From: Ignavibacteriota bacterium
GTDB lineage: Bacteria; Bacteroidota; Ignavibacteria; Palsa-1295
NCBI GenBank assembly: GCA_963787835.1
Contig: CAWBEI010000005.1
Span: 32,001-96,000, forward strand
Reading direction: 5' to 3'
Length of the DNA: 64,000 bases
Shown one piece after another: positions 9,067 through 19,492 of the stretch (position 1 is its first letter; each line of letters starts with the position of its first letter). The notes under the pieces are model-generated. The model had not been told where the DNA came from. It saw only the letters and a list, made by a program, of their open reading frames with translations, and did no database searches. The position numbers and the translations under genes are program-made.

Positions 9067-11931
9067 ATGCTTCCACAGTTCAAGCGTATTCATTATATCG
9101 TTGCGGGCATCGCGTTCTTAGCAGCGTTCATAACCTATCTTTGTACGATGCAGCCGACGATCCCGTTCTGGGATTGCGGTGAATTTATTGCTTCTGCCGC
9201 AAAGCTGCAAGTATCGCATCCACCTGGCGCACCGCTTTGGATGCTTGTGGGACATGTTGGTGCTTGGCTTGTCCCGGTTGCAGACATTGCTGCGAGATAT
9301 AACGTCCTTTCCGCACTATGCGGGGCGTTATCTGCTATGTTCCTTTATTTAGTAGTAGTAAAAGTGATCCGAATCTGGAGGAAAGAGCCGAGGAGCATTT
9401 CAGACGCGATCATTCATTTCGGTGGGGCATTCATCGCAGCTCTTAGTTTTACCTGGTCGGATAGCGTGTGGTTTAATTCCAACGAGTTCATTGTATTCTC
9501 ACCTGGGTTGCTTTTTATAGCCATCATGATCTGGCTTGCGATGATCTGGCATGAGCGTGCGGATCAGCCGGGCAACGAGCGATATCTGATGCTCATCGCG
9601 TTTATGATCGGACTATCGATGGGGGTGCACCAAATGTCGATGCTGGCTTTTTTCCCGGTATGGGCCATTGTGTTCTATCGGCATTGGGGAAAAATCACGA
9701 TGCGAAGTTTTCTTTCCATGCTGGCACTCGGTATTCTCTTTTTCGTCTATATATTCAAAGTTGTGTTAAGCGGTCTTGTGAGCTGGGCGGGATCGGGTTT
9801 GGGTGTTGTTTCACTCCTTGTTATCATTGGGATCGTTGGTGGGATCTATTATACTTCCCGACCCGAGTCCGAGCTGAAGGATCGGCGAGGAATTCTAAAC
9901 CTCCTCCTATGGGGAGGAGCGATGGTCCTTCTTGGTTTTAGTGTCTATACCTACGTGATGATTCGGGGGGGACAAAATACACCGATTGATGAGGGTGCTC
10001 CGAATACATTTTCAAAACTTTCGGAATACATCGGGCGTGAGCAATATGGGACGGTGAGCCTTTCCGATGAATTTGAACACCGCCGCCTTCCGAAAGAGAG
10101 CGGTGCTTATAAGCCGGAAACATGGGAAAATTATTCGAGCGATGCCGATTTCTTCTGGCAATATCAAACTCGCGACATGTTTCTTCGTTATCTGGCGTGG
10201 AATTTTATTGGTAGAAATGGTGACTATCAGGGGGCGAATGTTGCGTTTGACAAGACATGGGCGCTGCCATTTTTTCTTGGACTGTTTGGTATCTATTGGC
10301 AATTCAAACGCGACCCGCGGCGTGGGATGGTCTTTCTTCTTGCTTTTCTTGTCATGGGACTTTTTACTGCCTGGTATCAGGATCAACAAGATCCCCAACC
10401 ACGTGAACGCGATTACTTTTATGTTGGAGCATTTTGGGTCTATGCTCTGTGGGTCGGGATCGGTGCCGTCGGGATAATGGAGTGGATCCGTGAGAAGTAT
10501 TCTTCATGGAATGCCCGCAAGATGACGTACGGGCTTGCCGGTGCGTTTGGATTATTAGTATTATTTGGCCCGATCAATCAGTGTATAGGGCTTGGAGGAC
10601 TTTTGCAAGGCGAGTCCTTCAAGAAATCCTCGAAGTGGGCAGAGTATTCCCGAAAGCATAACTGGATACCATTTGAATACGCATATAACATTCTTCAAAG
10701 TTGCGAGCCGAATGCGATTTTGTTCACTTACGGCGATAATGATACCTTTCCACTTTGGTGCATCCAGGATGCATACGGAATTAGAAGAGACGTCCGAATA
10801 GTACAATTGCAACTTGCAACGATGATGTGGAATGTTAAGCAACTCAAAACGGATAATGCGTGGGGTGGCAAAGCCATAACTCTTACCAATTTTACCGACG
10901 ATATTCTTAAGCTTTCCGATGATGATGCGTATAAGAAACTCGATTGGAACCCTTCGCCGGTAAATATGCCGATCTCTGCGGAGATGGCTCGATGGATCTC
11001 CGGCGATTCGAGTGCGACGGCAACAGTCTTTAATTGGCTTCCAAAATTTGTTATGCCAAGCGATCAGGTGGTGCTCGATATCATCAAGAATAACCTGGGG
11101 ACTCGACCGATCTGCTATTCCGTCACGGTGCCGGAGAATACACGCGCTGGGCTAAACAAATATCTTATCTATGAAGGTTTGACCGCGCGGGTAACGCCAT
11201 TTGAACAGCCGGTCGATCAGAATGGACTCGGTGGCAGCATTCAGCCCGCACGATTTTCTGAAGCCGTGTTTCATGTGCCTGATAAGCCGCATTCAGAACC
11301 GGATCGAGGAATGATCTTGCATACCTACGCTGATCCAGAGGCACATTGGAGTGCGTTAGACGATGAATATTCCCTGAGTTATCGGTACGAGTTCATCCGA
11401 TTGGCGAATTGGGATGTCACGCAAGGCAACATGAATGAGGCTCGCCGCGCACTCGATAGTATGGATATCCGGGTTCCGCTTTCACGCATCCCGCTCGATT
11501 ATTCGTTCTCATCCTTCGTTGCCGATCTCGCGGATAAATCCGGCGATTGGCCGATCATGAAGCAATATGCTGCAGCAGGTGTGGATGCCTTGAAACAGCA
11601 ACTGCAAAACCCGGATTCGCATGAGAGTTCAAGCGGGTTTCAAGCAAGCTTTGAACTTGCAAATCTTGAGATGCGCTCCGGAGATTATGATCGGGCTCGT
11701 CAGGATTTTGAGAAATTGATAACACAATCTAAGGCAGAACAACAATCCTATCTCCGGCTCAAGGCATTAGAGTGTGGCGCAAGAAAGCTCGAATCAAATA
11801 AGCAATATGACTCTGCCTATCGTGAATTTTCGGAGATCCTTGGCGTCTATGGGCCATCAACTGCCGCTGGCCCTGAATTGCAGGATGTCAGAACTCATTT
11901 AGCATTTGATTCAACTATGCGGGGGAAATGA
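9067..11931 (+). CDS. DUF2723 / TMEM260-like GT-C membrane glycosyltransferase, paralogue 1
   Basis: FWDCGEF..HPPGAP, YLAWNFIGR, QPRERDYFYVG, GDNDTFPLW motifs; helical TPR-like C-terminus. Confidence 0.9.
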   Translation: MLPQFKRIHYIVAGIAFLAAFITYLCTMQPTIPFWDCGEFIASAAKLQVSHPPGAPLWMLVGHVGAWLVPVADIAARYNVLSALCGALSAMFLYLVVVKVIRIWRKEPRSISDAIIHFGGAFIAALSFTWSDSVWFNSNEFIVFSPGLLFIAIMIWLAMIWHERADQPGNERYLMLIAFMIGLSMGVHQMSMLAFFPVWAIVFYRHWGKITMRSFLSMLALGILFFVYIFKVVLSGLVSWAGSGLGVVSLLVIIGIVGGIYYTSRPESELKDRRGILNLLLWGGAMVLLGFSVYTYVMIRGGQNTPIDEGAPNTFSKLSEYIGREQYGTVSLSDEFEHRRLPKESGAYKPETWENYSSDADFFWQYQTRDMFLRYLAWNFIGRNGDYQGANVAFDKTWALPFFLGLFGIYWQFKRDPRRGMVFLLAFLVMGLFTAWYQDQQDPQPRERDYFYVGAFWVYALWVGIGAVGIMEWIREKYSSWNARKMTYGLAGAFGLLVLFGPINQCIGLGGLLQGESFKKSSKWAEYSRKHNWIPFEYAYNILQSCEPNAILFTYGDNDTFPLWCIQDAYGIRRDVRIVQLQLATMMWNVKQLKTDNAWGGKAITLTNFTDDILKLSDDDAYKKLDWNPSPVNMPISAEMARWISGDSSATATVFNWLPKFVMPSDQVVLDIIKNNLGTRPICYSVTVPENTRAGLNKYLIYEGLTARVTPFEQPVDQNGLGGSIQPARFSEAVFHVPDKPHSEPDRGMILHTYADPEAHWSALDDEYSLSYRYEFIRLANWDVTQGNMNEARRALDSMDIRVPLSRIPLDYSFSSFVADLADKSGDWPIMKQYAAAGVDALKQQLQNPDSHESSSGFQASFELANLEMRSGDYDRARQDFEKLITQSKAEQQSYLRLKALECGARKLESNKQYDSAYREFSEILGVYGPSTAAGPELQDVRTHLAFDSTMRGK

Positions 11932-12072
11932 GCTAAGAATAATCCCTCTAAATTCGTACAACTCCTGAAATTCAACGCATAAATAGACAGTTTCAGGAGC
12001 TTTCCCGGCTTATAATGAGTTCTTAATCGCCTTCGATCTAAAGGCGTTACGCCATTCATTTCATTTGACCTA

Positions 12073-15000
12073 ATGCAGAATAAGACCATTCATTACGCTC
12101 TTGCGGCTCTCAGCTTTATTGTTGCCGCCGGGACCTATCTGACCACCATGCAGCCCTCGATCCCGTTTTGGGATTGCGGAGAGTTTCTCGGTGCCGCCGC
12201 GACCCTCGGAATATCTCACCCTCCGGGAGCGCCATTCTGGACACTCATAGGGCGTGTTCTTTCCATGCCGATGCCGTTCGCCGATCCCGCAGCTAAGATG
12301 AATGCGCTTTCGGCGCTGTGCGGGGCGCTCGCCGCGATGTTCTTGTATCTTACTACGGTGCGTATCATCAAAGTGTGGCGTGGTAATCCCCAGTCAACAT
12401 CAGACGTCATCTTGCATTACGGCGCCGCTTTCATTGCGGCATTGTGCTTCACTTGGACCGATAGCGTGTGGTTCAATTCGAACGAGTTCATCGTATTTGC
12501 TCCCGGTCTTTTTTTCATCAGCATCATTATTTGGCTTGGGATGATCTGGCACGAACGCGCCGATGAACCGGGCAGTGAAAAATACCTATTGCTTATTTTT
12601 TATCTCATCGGTCTTTCGATGGGAGCACATCAAATGTCGATGCTTGCGTTCTTTCCGGTCTGGGTGATCGTGTATTACAAGCACTGGCCTAAGATGACGG
12701 TTGGGAAATGGGTTGAAATGCTTGTCACGGGCACCGTTGGATTTCTCTTCATTTTTCTCGTGATCCTTACAGGAATTGTTGGATGGTTAGGAGGTGCGAA
12801 ACAAGGGACGCTTACGTGGATCGCAGCATTGTCATCTATTGGATTTGTAATTTACTATTGGCGGAACAATCAGAAGCTTGCGAAGCTAGTTCTCACGGGA
12901 GCTGGATTAGTATTTCTTGGATACACGACGTATGCATTGGTTATGGTGCGCGCTGCACAAGAGCCTCCGATGGATCAGCATCATCCCTCCACCTTCGGGC
13001 AGTCGGGCGCAAGCGATGGACTCTACAATTATATTTCCCGAGCGCAATATGGGGAAGCTCGTGAATTTCCTCGCCGTAATGACGATCCCAGTGTAAAAGG
13101 CGACCCCATGCATGGGCCGACCTGGAGCACGGATAAGTCCTCTACAGGTACGCCGTACACCAGCGATGGTGATTTCTTCTGGCGGTATCAGGCAGATCAC
13201 ATGTATTTACGTTATCTGGAATGGAATTTTATTGGGCGATCAAAAGATGTTCAGGACGCAGGGATAGGGATCGAAGGATGGGAGCATACGCTTGGTATTC
13301 CATTCCTTGTCGGTTTATTCGGGATCTACTGGCACTTCCGCCGGGACCCGAAACGCGCCCTGGCGATGATGGCCGGATTCCTCATCATGGGAATTTTAAC
13401 TGCGCTCTATCAGAATCAACAGGATGCCCAGCCGCGAGAACGCGATTACTTTTACGTAGGATCGTTTTGGGTCTTTGCGATGTGGGTCGGAATAGGCGTT
13501 ACCGGTATCATGGAATGGATACGATCTCGTTCTGCTAAAAAGCAGAACTTACCATTGCAGGATGCAGGTCCCAAAGATCGTGAAGTGATCGAAAGCCCGA
13601 AGGAAACGGTGCCGGTCATTCGTGGCGCTGGACCGGTTGCTTTGCTTGGCGGCTCATTTGCATTGGCATTAGTCCTTATTCCACTCAACCAATGCCTTGG
13701 CCTTATGGGGACGACATTCTTCGGTGAAAAATTCCATCAGGCGGCAAAGTGGGGCATGTATTCGCGCTTTCATAATAATGTGCCGCTCGAATATGCCTAC
13801 AACATCTTGCAAAGTTGCGAGCCGGATGGAATCCTTTTTACAGCCGGAGACAATGATACATTTCCGCTGTGGGCTATTCAACAAATGTATCAGGTTCGCA
13901 CCGATGTGAGAATTGTGAACCTTTCGCTCGGGAATATGGGGTGGTATGTTAAGCAATTGAAGGATGATGAACCGTTCGGGGCAAAGAAGGTGAAGCTGCC
14001 TTCGTTCACGGAGGAGCAGCTCTTGAATCCTGACGAGACGATGCAGGGCATTCACACGACCGTCTCACCGGCCAGTATGGTATCAGTAAATGTTTCCGCT
14101 GATGCAATGCAAAAGTTCACTGGGAATGCCCAGCCTTACACGTTTAGCTGGAAATACACCTCTCAGCACCAGGATCCGAATGATAAATCACAATATTACT
14201 ACGAAGTGGCCGATCAGCTAGTACGCGATATTGTTGTGAACAACATTAACGATCGCCCGATCTATTTTGCAATAGCTGTTCCGCCAAGCTATTGGACGGG
14301 TCTCGAAAATCATGCATTGTTTGAAGGGCTTGTTGCGAGGATCGTGCCTACCGAGCACACTGCTCCTCGCCAGCTTTTCGATGGGGATATCGACGAAGCC
14401 CGCTACACGCAGTTGGCTTATGACCTTAGTCCTAAAATCGTTGCAAAACCCCACCGCGCGATGATGATGACGAGTTACCGTGATCCGGAAGCAAACCGAA
14501 GCGGATTGGATGAACAATATGGAACGACGACCTATTTCGAACTCTACGCTCGCCTTGCGTATCATTTCCTGAATCAGAACCGGCTTGCAGATGCTCGACG
14601 CGCGCTCGATACTTTCCGCGTTCGCATGCCACCGGATCTGATCGACTGGAGTTCGAACGTTCAGGAATCGGTTGGAATTTTGCAGGAAACAGGAGAACTG
14701 TACCAAGCTGCGGGGGATACGGTCAATGCTCTTAAGTATCTCAGACTTTCCGCGATGCTATTCGGCGCTTCAAGGCCGGATCAATCGACGGCTGGCAGTG
14801 ATGAATATCTCAAAAACGAGTTCCAAGTCGGTGATCTCTTTATGAGAGCAGAATTGTATGATTCTGCTCGATCAGTATTTTCTACGCTGCGCTCTGAAAC
14901 CGAAGGCGGAAACCAGCTTTATGTTGATTTCCGGCTCGCACAGATCGACGCGAAACTCTTAGAAAAACAGGGTGATAAACGCAAAGCGCTTGCTAAATTT

Positions 15001-15267
15001 GACGAGATGCTAACCAAATATGGACAACTTGCACAAATGGGTGTAGGTCAGGAACTTGCCAATGTAAAGCAAGAGCGTGATGAACTCGCCAAAGAACTCG
15101 GCGTAGTCGATTCTGCGGGGAGTAGTCCTCTATTCAGTATGCCGGCACAATCGGCGGCGCCACCATCTAATGGGGCACCGGGACAAGGCGGCTCAGCACC
15201 TGGTTCATCGAATCCTGCTTCCGGTGGAAACTCGAAGCCCCCAGCGGCAAGACCGAAGAAGCAGTAG
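12073..15267 (+). CDS. DUF2723 / TMEM260-like GT-C membrane glycosyltransferase, paralogue 2
   Basis: Same motifs (FWDCGEF, HPPGAP, WNFIGR, PRERDYFYVGS, GDNDTFPLW, VRIVNLSL); low-complexity tail. Confidence 0.9.
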   Translation: MQNKTIHYALAALSFIVAAGTYLTTMQPSIPFWDCGEFLGAAATLGISHPPGAPFWTLIGRVLSMPMPFADPAAKMNALSALCGALAAMFLYLTTVRIIKVWRGNPQSTSDVILHYGAAFIAALCFTWTDSVWFNSNEFIVFAPGLFFISIIIWLGMIWHERADEPGSEKYLLLIFYLIGLSMGAHQMSMLAFFPVWVIVYYKHWPKMTVGKWVEMLVTGTVGFLFIFLVILTGIVGWLGGAKQGTLTWIAALSSIGFVIYYWRNNQKLAKLVLTGAGLVFLGYTTYALVMVRAAQEPPMDQHHPSTFGQSGASDGLYNYISRAQYGEAREFPRRNDDPSVKGDPMHGPTWSTDKSSTGTPYTSDGDFFWRYQADHMYLRYLEWNFIGRSKDVQDAGIGIEGWEHTLGIPFLVGLFGIYWHFRRDPKRALAMMAGFLIMGILTALYQNQQDAQPRERDYFYVGSFWVFAMWVGIGVTGIMEWIRSRSAKKQNLPLQDAGPKDREVIESPKETVPVIRGAGPVALLGGSFALALVLIPLNQCLGLMGTTFFGEKFHQAAKWGMYSRFHNNVPLEYAYNILQSCEPDGILFTAGDNDTFPLWAIQQMYQVRTDVRIVNLSLGNMGWYVKQLKDDEPFGAKKVKLPSFTEEQLLNPDETMQGIHTTVSPASMVSVNVSADAMQKFTGNAQPYTFSWKYTSQHQDPNDKSQYYYEVADQLVRDIVVNNINDRPIYFAIAVPPSYWTGLENHALFEGLVARIVPTEHTAPRQLFDGDIDEARYTQLAYDLSPKIVAKPHRAMMMTSYRDPEANRSGLDEQYGTTTYFELYARLAYHFLNQNRLADARRALDTFRVRMPPDLIDWSSNVQESVGILQETGELYQAAGDTVNALKYLRLSAMLFGASRPDQSTAGSDEYLKNEFQVGDLFMRAELYDSARSVFSTLRSETEGGNQLYVDFRLAQIDAKLLEKQGDKRKALAKFDEMLTKYGQLAQMGVGQELANVKQERDELAKELGVVDSAGSSPLFSMPAQSAAPPSNGAPGQGGSAPGSSNPASGGNSKPPAARPKKQ

Positions 15268-15292
15268 ATCTTTGAGGAACGGACATTTCTGA

Positions 15293-16030
15293 GTGCAGCT
15301 ATCTCTAATTATTCCGGCATATAACGAGTCCGATCGCATCGGGCCATCGGTAGAGAAAGCGTATCGTTACTTTGAAAATGTAGATTATGATGTGGAGCTT
15401 ATCGTGGTTGACGATGGCTCCACGGATAATACCATTCAGGAGGTTAGGAATGTTTTCGCAAGCAAACCGCCAACGCTGACCAGGGTTACGACGCGAATTA
15501 TTCCGCTCGGTGTGAATTCCGGGAAAGGTGCAGCAGTGCGAAAGGGAATGCTCGAAGCAAAAGGAAGTGTGCGAATATTCACTGATGCTGATTTTTCCAC
15601 GCCAATTCAGGAAGTAGCGAAGATCATTCCCCTCATTGCAATGGGGGAATATGATGTGGTTATTGGTAGCAGAGCCGCCGAACGTAGAGCCCTTGTCAAG
15701 AAGCACCAGCCGTGGTATCGCGAGGCAATGGGCCGATTCTACAATATCCTTGTTCAAATTTTCGTGTTCCGCGGCATTCGAGATACTCAATGTGGCTTCA
15801 AAGGATTTAGTGGTGATGCAGCCTCTATGCTCTTCTCAAAACTTCGAGTGCAGGGTTTTTCTTTTGATGTGGAGATCCTTTATCTGGCGAGGCGTTATGG
15901 CTATCGCATCCGAGAGATCGCCGTAGAATGGTATAACGATGAGCGCTCGACTGTTGGGGCGCTTTCGGACTCCGCAAAAATGTTCTGGGAATTGATCCGC
16001 ATCAGAAAGCTTCATGCACATGACCGCTAA
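15293..16030 (+). CDS. GT2 polyprenyl-phosphate glycosyltransferase (Alg5/DPM1-like)
   Basis: IIPAYNE, VDDGSTD, GKGAAVRKG, FTDAD, DTQCGFK, FDVEIL motifs. Confidence 0.92.
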   Translation: MQLSLIIPAYNESDRIGPSVEKAYRYFENVDYDVELIVVDDGSTDNTIQEVRNVFASKPPTLTRVTTRIIPLGVNSGKGAAVRKGMLEAKGSVRIFTDADFSTPIQEVAKIIPLIAMGEYDVVIGSRAAERRALVKKHQPWYREAMGRFYNILVQIFVFRGIRDTQCGFKGFSGDAASMLFSKLRVQGFSFDVEILYLARRYGYRIREIAVEWYNDERSTVGALSDSAKMFWELIRIRKLHAHDR

Positions 16031-16039
16031 AGGAGTGTA

Positions 16040-18382
16040 ATGGCAACGACCCATCAAGCAAAAGAGCGTGTGAATAAACCAAGGACGAACGTTCGCCCGA
16101 CCGTGGCTACTCGTCCCATTATTCCCGTACAACTTTTGCGTTTCCAACCTTGGCATATCGCACTGGTTTTTCTTGCGCTCACGCTCATTTTTCATTCTGC
16201 GATCCTTTTTGGCGGGAAATTTCTTTGGGAAGATTTCATCGAACAGGAATTTCCGTTCCGTACGTTGGCGGCGAGTTCGCTGGCGCAGGGAATTCTGCCG
16301 CATTGGAATCCTTACGTCTTTTCCGGGATGCCCTTCCTTGCTGACGTGCAAGTAGCCTTTTGGTATCCGATCAATCTTCTCCAATCACTTTTTGTGTCCG
16401 GAGGATACCTCTCTCCTCTTGTAATGGAATGGGCTATCCTGATTCATTTTTTCATTGCAGGATTTGGGATGTATTGGTTCTCGAAGAAGATATTCGAGAT
16501 AGATGATTGGTCTGCCATCTTTGCCGGTATTGCGTATGCATTCAGCGGTTATATTACAGCGCAGTCGATTCATCAGATGATTGTCTATCACATTGCGCTG
16601 TTCCCATTCGTTGCATACTTCTTCATTCGTGGATTCGATTCCTGGAAACACGCCATAGCCGGTGGAATGATCTTAGGAATAATGTATCTTGCGGGCCATC
16701 CACAGTCAACGCTTTATTTTACCTTTTTCCTTGGGGTTCTTGCGCTCTATGAGTTTGTTCACCGCTTTCGTCATAAGAGTGGCACGTTGGATATTTGGAC
16801 TGTAACTCGGATGGCGCTTCCCGTCGTCATTGGGCTTGGCATCTTTGCTATTCAATTCCTGCCATCCCAGGAACTTGCAAGTCTATCGCGCCGCGATACG
16901 ATCACCTACGAAAAATCACTTGATGGCTCGCTCACATGGGGACATTTGCTGACGTTTATTTTACCGCGTCTTTTTGGCGTCGCGAATGGAGCCGCCGATG
17001 CGAAAGTCCCTTATTGGAATGGTGCTTATTATTTGTCCTGGGAAACAGCGATCTATGTCGGTGTATTACCGATGTTTTTCGCGATCATGGCGGGGCTATT
17101 AAATCGCAAGAAAAAGTATGTGCCTCTTTTGGCTGGCATGGCGCTACTGGCGGTTGCTTTTGCACTTGGCGATCACTTTTTTCTTTACCGGATCTTCTTC
17201 CAGCTTCCACTATTTAATAAGTTCCGAACACCGGCTCGTATGATGATGCTCTTCAGTTTTGCAGCATCAGCCCTTGCGGGTGTTGGGCTTTCGGATGCGC
17301 TGAAGTCAACAGAGAAAAAATGGGGCGATACCAAAGGGATTGTCGTTCGAGTATTGCTTCTGCTGCCATGGATCATGGCCATTGCGGGCATGTGGCATGC
17401 CGCAACGTTTTTACGAACCGCTCCCGAAGGCGCTGACGACTCTATATCGTGGGCGGCGAGTTTGGCAACGTTTCCGGTCCTTGCGCTTATCGTCATTACC
17501 GGTCTTCATTATCTTGGCCAGTTACGTGGTAACCTGTTCGCAGTTCTTGTGATAGGAGTTACAACGATCGAGCTATTTTCTTATGGGATGACGCTCAATG
17601 CCTCACCGGAAGACCCGCGCGATGCGTTCCGAGAACAACCAGCTTTGGTCTCCATGCTTCAACAGGATCAGGCAAAGGAACTAAGCCGCGCACGGATCAG
17701 AATTGGTAACCAAATGCTGCTTAAACGAAATCAGGGTGCGTATGATAGAATTCAGCTTATCGAGGGTTACGACCCGTTAGTGTTGCAACGTTTAGCTCCC
17801 GACATGGCAAATCCGGATAATAGCGCAGATCTCATGAACGTAAAATGGACGATCACAACGGGCGCCAATCCTGGATTTTCTGCACGAACTACATACTTAC
17901 CCCGCGTCAAGCTTTATTATCAGGCCGACGTTCTTCCTGACTCTCAGGCGCTTTCGCGTCTTAAAACAGATGCATCCTATGATTATCGCGATCGAATCCT
18001 CCTTGAAGAACCACCCGCAGTACCACTCGGCGCTCTCGATCCCAATGCTAAAGCTGAGATTTCAAAATATGGAGATAATGAGATCACTGCATCCATCACT
18101 ACGGGTTCGAACGCAATGCTCTTTTTCTCTGAGATCTACTACCCAGCATGGAAAGCATACATCGATGGACATCCGGTAAAGCTCTATCGTGCATTCACAT
18201 CGTTACGAGCAGTGGAAGTCCCAGCCGGTAACCATACCGTAATTCTTCGCTATGAATCAAGTGCTTTTGCAATAGGAAGCTTGGTCACGATCATCACACT
18301 TGTTCTGAGTCTTGGCAGTCTAATTCTGTTAATCGTAATTGAACGGCGATCCCGTCCATCGAAGCAGGAAGTAACTGTATAA
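16040..18382 (+). CDS. YfhO family GT-C membrane glycosyltransferase
   Basis: LPHWNPYVFSGMP, LAGHPQ, FRTPAR, SEIYYPAWKAYIDG motifs; many TM helices. Confidence 0.88.
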   Translation: MATTHQAKERVNKPRTNVRPTVATRPIIPVQLLRFQPWHIALVFLALTLIFHSAILFGGKFLWEDFIEQEFPFRTLAASSLAQGILPHWNPYVFSGMPFLADVQVAFWYPINLLQSLFVSGGYLSPLVMEWAILIHFFIAGFGMYWFSKKIFEIDDWSAIFAGIAYAFSGYITAQSIHQMIVYHIALFPFVAYFFIRGFDSWKHAIAGGMILGIMYLAGHPQSTLYFTFFLGVLALYEFVHRFRHKSGTLDIWTVTRMALPVVIGLGIFAIQFLPSQELASLSRRDTITYEKSLDGSLTWGHLLTFILPRLFGVANGAADAKVPYWNGAYYLSWETAIYVGVLPMFFAIMAGLLNRKKKYVPLLAGMALLAVAFALGDHFFLYRIFFQLPLFNKFRTPARMMMLFSFAASALAGVGLSDALKSTEKKWGDTKGIVVRVLLLLPWIMAIAGMWHAATFLRTAPEGADDSISWAASLATFPVLALIVITGLHYLGQLRGNLFAVLVIGVTTIELFSYGMTLNASPEDPRDAFREQPALVSMLQQDQAKELSRARIRIGNQMLLKRNQGAYDRIQLIEGYDPLVLQRLAPDMANPDNSADLMNVKWTITTGANPGFSARTTYLPRVKLYYQADVLPDSQALSRLKTDASYDYRDRILLEEPPAVPLGALDPNAKAEISKYGDNEITASITTGSNAMLFFSEIYYPAWKAYIDGHPVKLYRAFTSLRAVEVPAGNHTVILRYESSAFAIGSLVTIITLVLSLGSLILLIVIERRSRPSKQEVTV

Positions 18383-18385
18383 TTT

Positions 18386-19492
18386 ATGTCACGCGAGAAA
18401 ATTGTTATTCTCGCGCTTCCCGGTATTGGGGATGCGCTGCTTGCGACCCCGATGATCGAGTTACTCCGCCGCGCCTATTCTGATGCGGAAATTCATGTGG
18501 TGGTTATGTTCCCAAGCACGCGTGATATGTACTCCCAGGATCCTTATATCGATAAGGTTCACTATTACGATTTTATACATGGTTCCAGATCGGGGAGCAT
18601 GAAGCTCATCTCCGAGCTGCGGAAGCTGCGATTCGATATTTCTATCAATATCTATCCTCAGAACAGACGGGAATACAATATCATTGGGCTGATGATCGGG
18701 GCGAAGCGAAGGCTTTCGGTGAAATACCGGCGTCGCGATCCACAGAATTTAAGCTGGCTGAATACGGATACGATCCTTGAAGATGATACGCTGCATTGTG
18801 TTGAGGAAAATGTTCGGCTTCTATCGTTGCTCGGCATCGATAATGAGCTTAAAGAATCAACACTTCCGAAATTGCGGCTGAATATTGCTGAAAGCCATAT
18901 CAATTGGGCAGATCGCTGGTTTTACGAGCATGGTATTAGCGAAGGACAATTGACGGTCGGGTTGCACGCAGGAACTGCGTTGTTTAAGAATCACATTCGC
19001 CGTAGATGGGCGCCGGAAAAATTCGCGGAACTCGCGGTGCGTCTATCAAAAGAAACGGGAGCCAAAGTGTTACTCTTTGGTGGCCCCGATGATCATGATG
19101 CGAACGACGTTATTAGAGCAAAAGCCGGAGATTGTGTGATCCCGGTTGTAGCAAATAATATATTAGATTCAGCGGCCGTGATGCGAAAATTGAATCTCTT
19201 CGTTTCAAACGATTCGGCGTTGATGCACATGGCCGGCGCTCTGCAATTGCCAACAGTAGCTATTTTCGGACCCACGAATGAAACCTACGTTCATCCCTGG
19301 AAGACACGATACAAGATCGTGCATACCGGCATTGAATGCCGGCCATGCTTCATTTATTCGCCGAAGCCGCTAACGTGCTACCGTCTCGATCCCTCGGAGC
19401 ACTTTCTGTGCATTCGAGCGATTGAGGTAGAACAGGTATTCGGGGCCGTGAAAGAACTGCTTCACCCAGGGCACGTCCTGCCTATTATTTAA
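18386..19492 (+). CDS. Glycosyltransferase family 9 (heptosyltransferase-like)
   Basis: GIGDALLATP, RRWAPEKF, FVSNDSALMHMAGAL..PTVAIFGPT motifs. Confidence 0.92.
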   Translation: MSREKIVILALPGIGDALLATPMIELLRRAYSDAEIHVVVMFPSTRDMYSQDPYIDKVHYYDFIHGSRSGSMKLISELRKLRFDISINIYPQNRREYNIIGLMIGAKRRLSVKYRRRDPQNLSWLNTDTILEDDTLHCVEENVRLLSLLGIDNELKESTLPKLRLNIAESHINWADRWFYEHGISEGQLTVGLHAGTALFKNHIRRRWAPEKFAELAVRLSKETGAKVLLFGGPDDHDANDVIRAKAGDCVIPVVANNILDSAAVMRKLNLFVSNDSALMHMAGALQLPTVAIFGPTNETYVHPWKTRYKIVHTGIECRPCFIYSPKPLTCYRLDPSEHFLCIRAIEVEQVFGAVKELLHPGHVLPII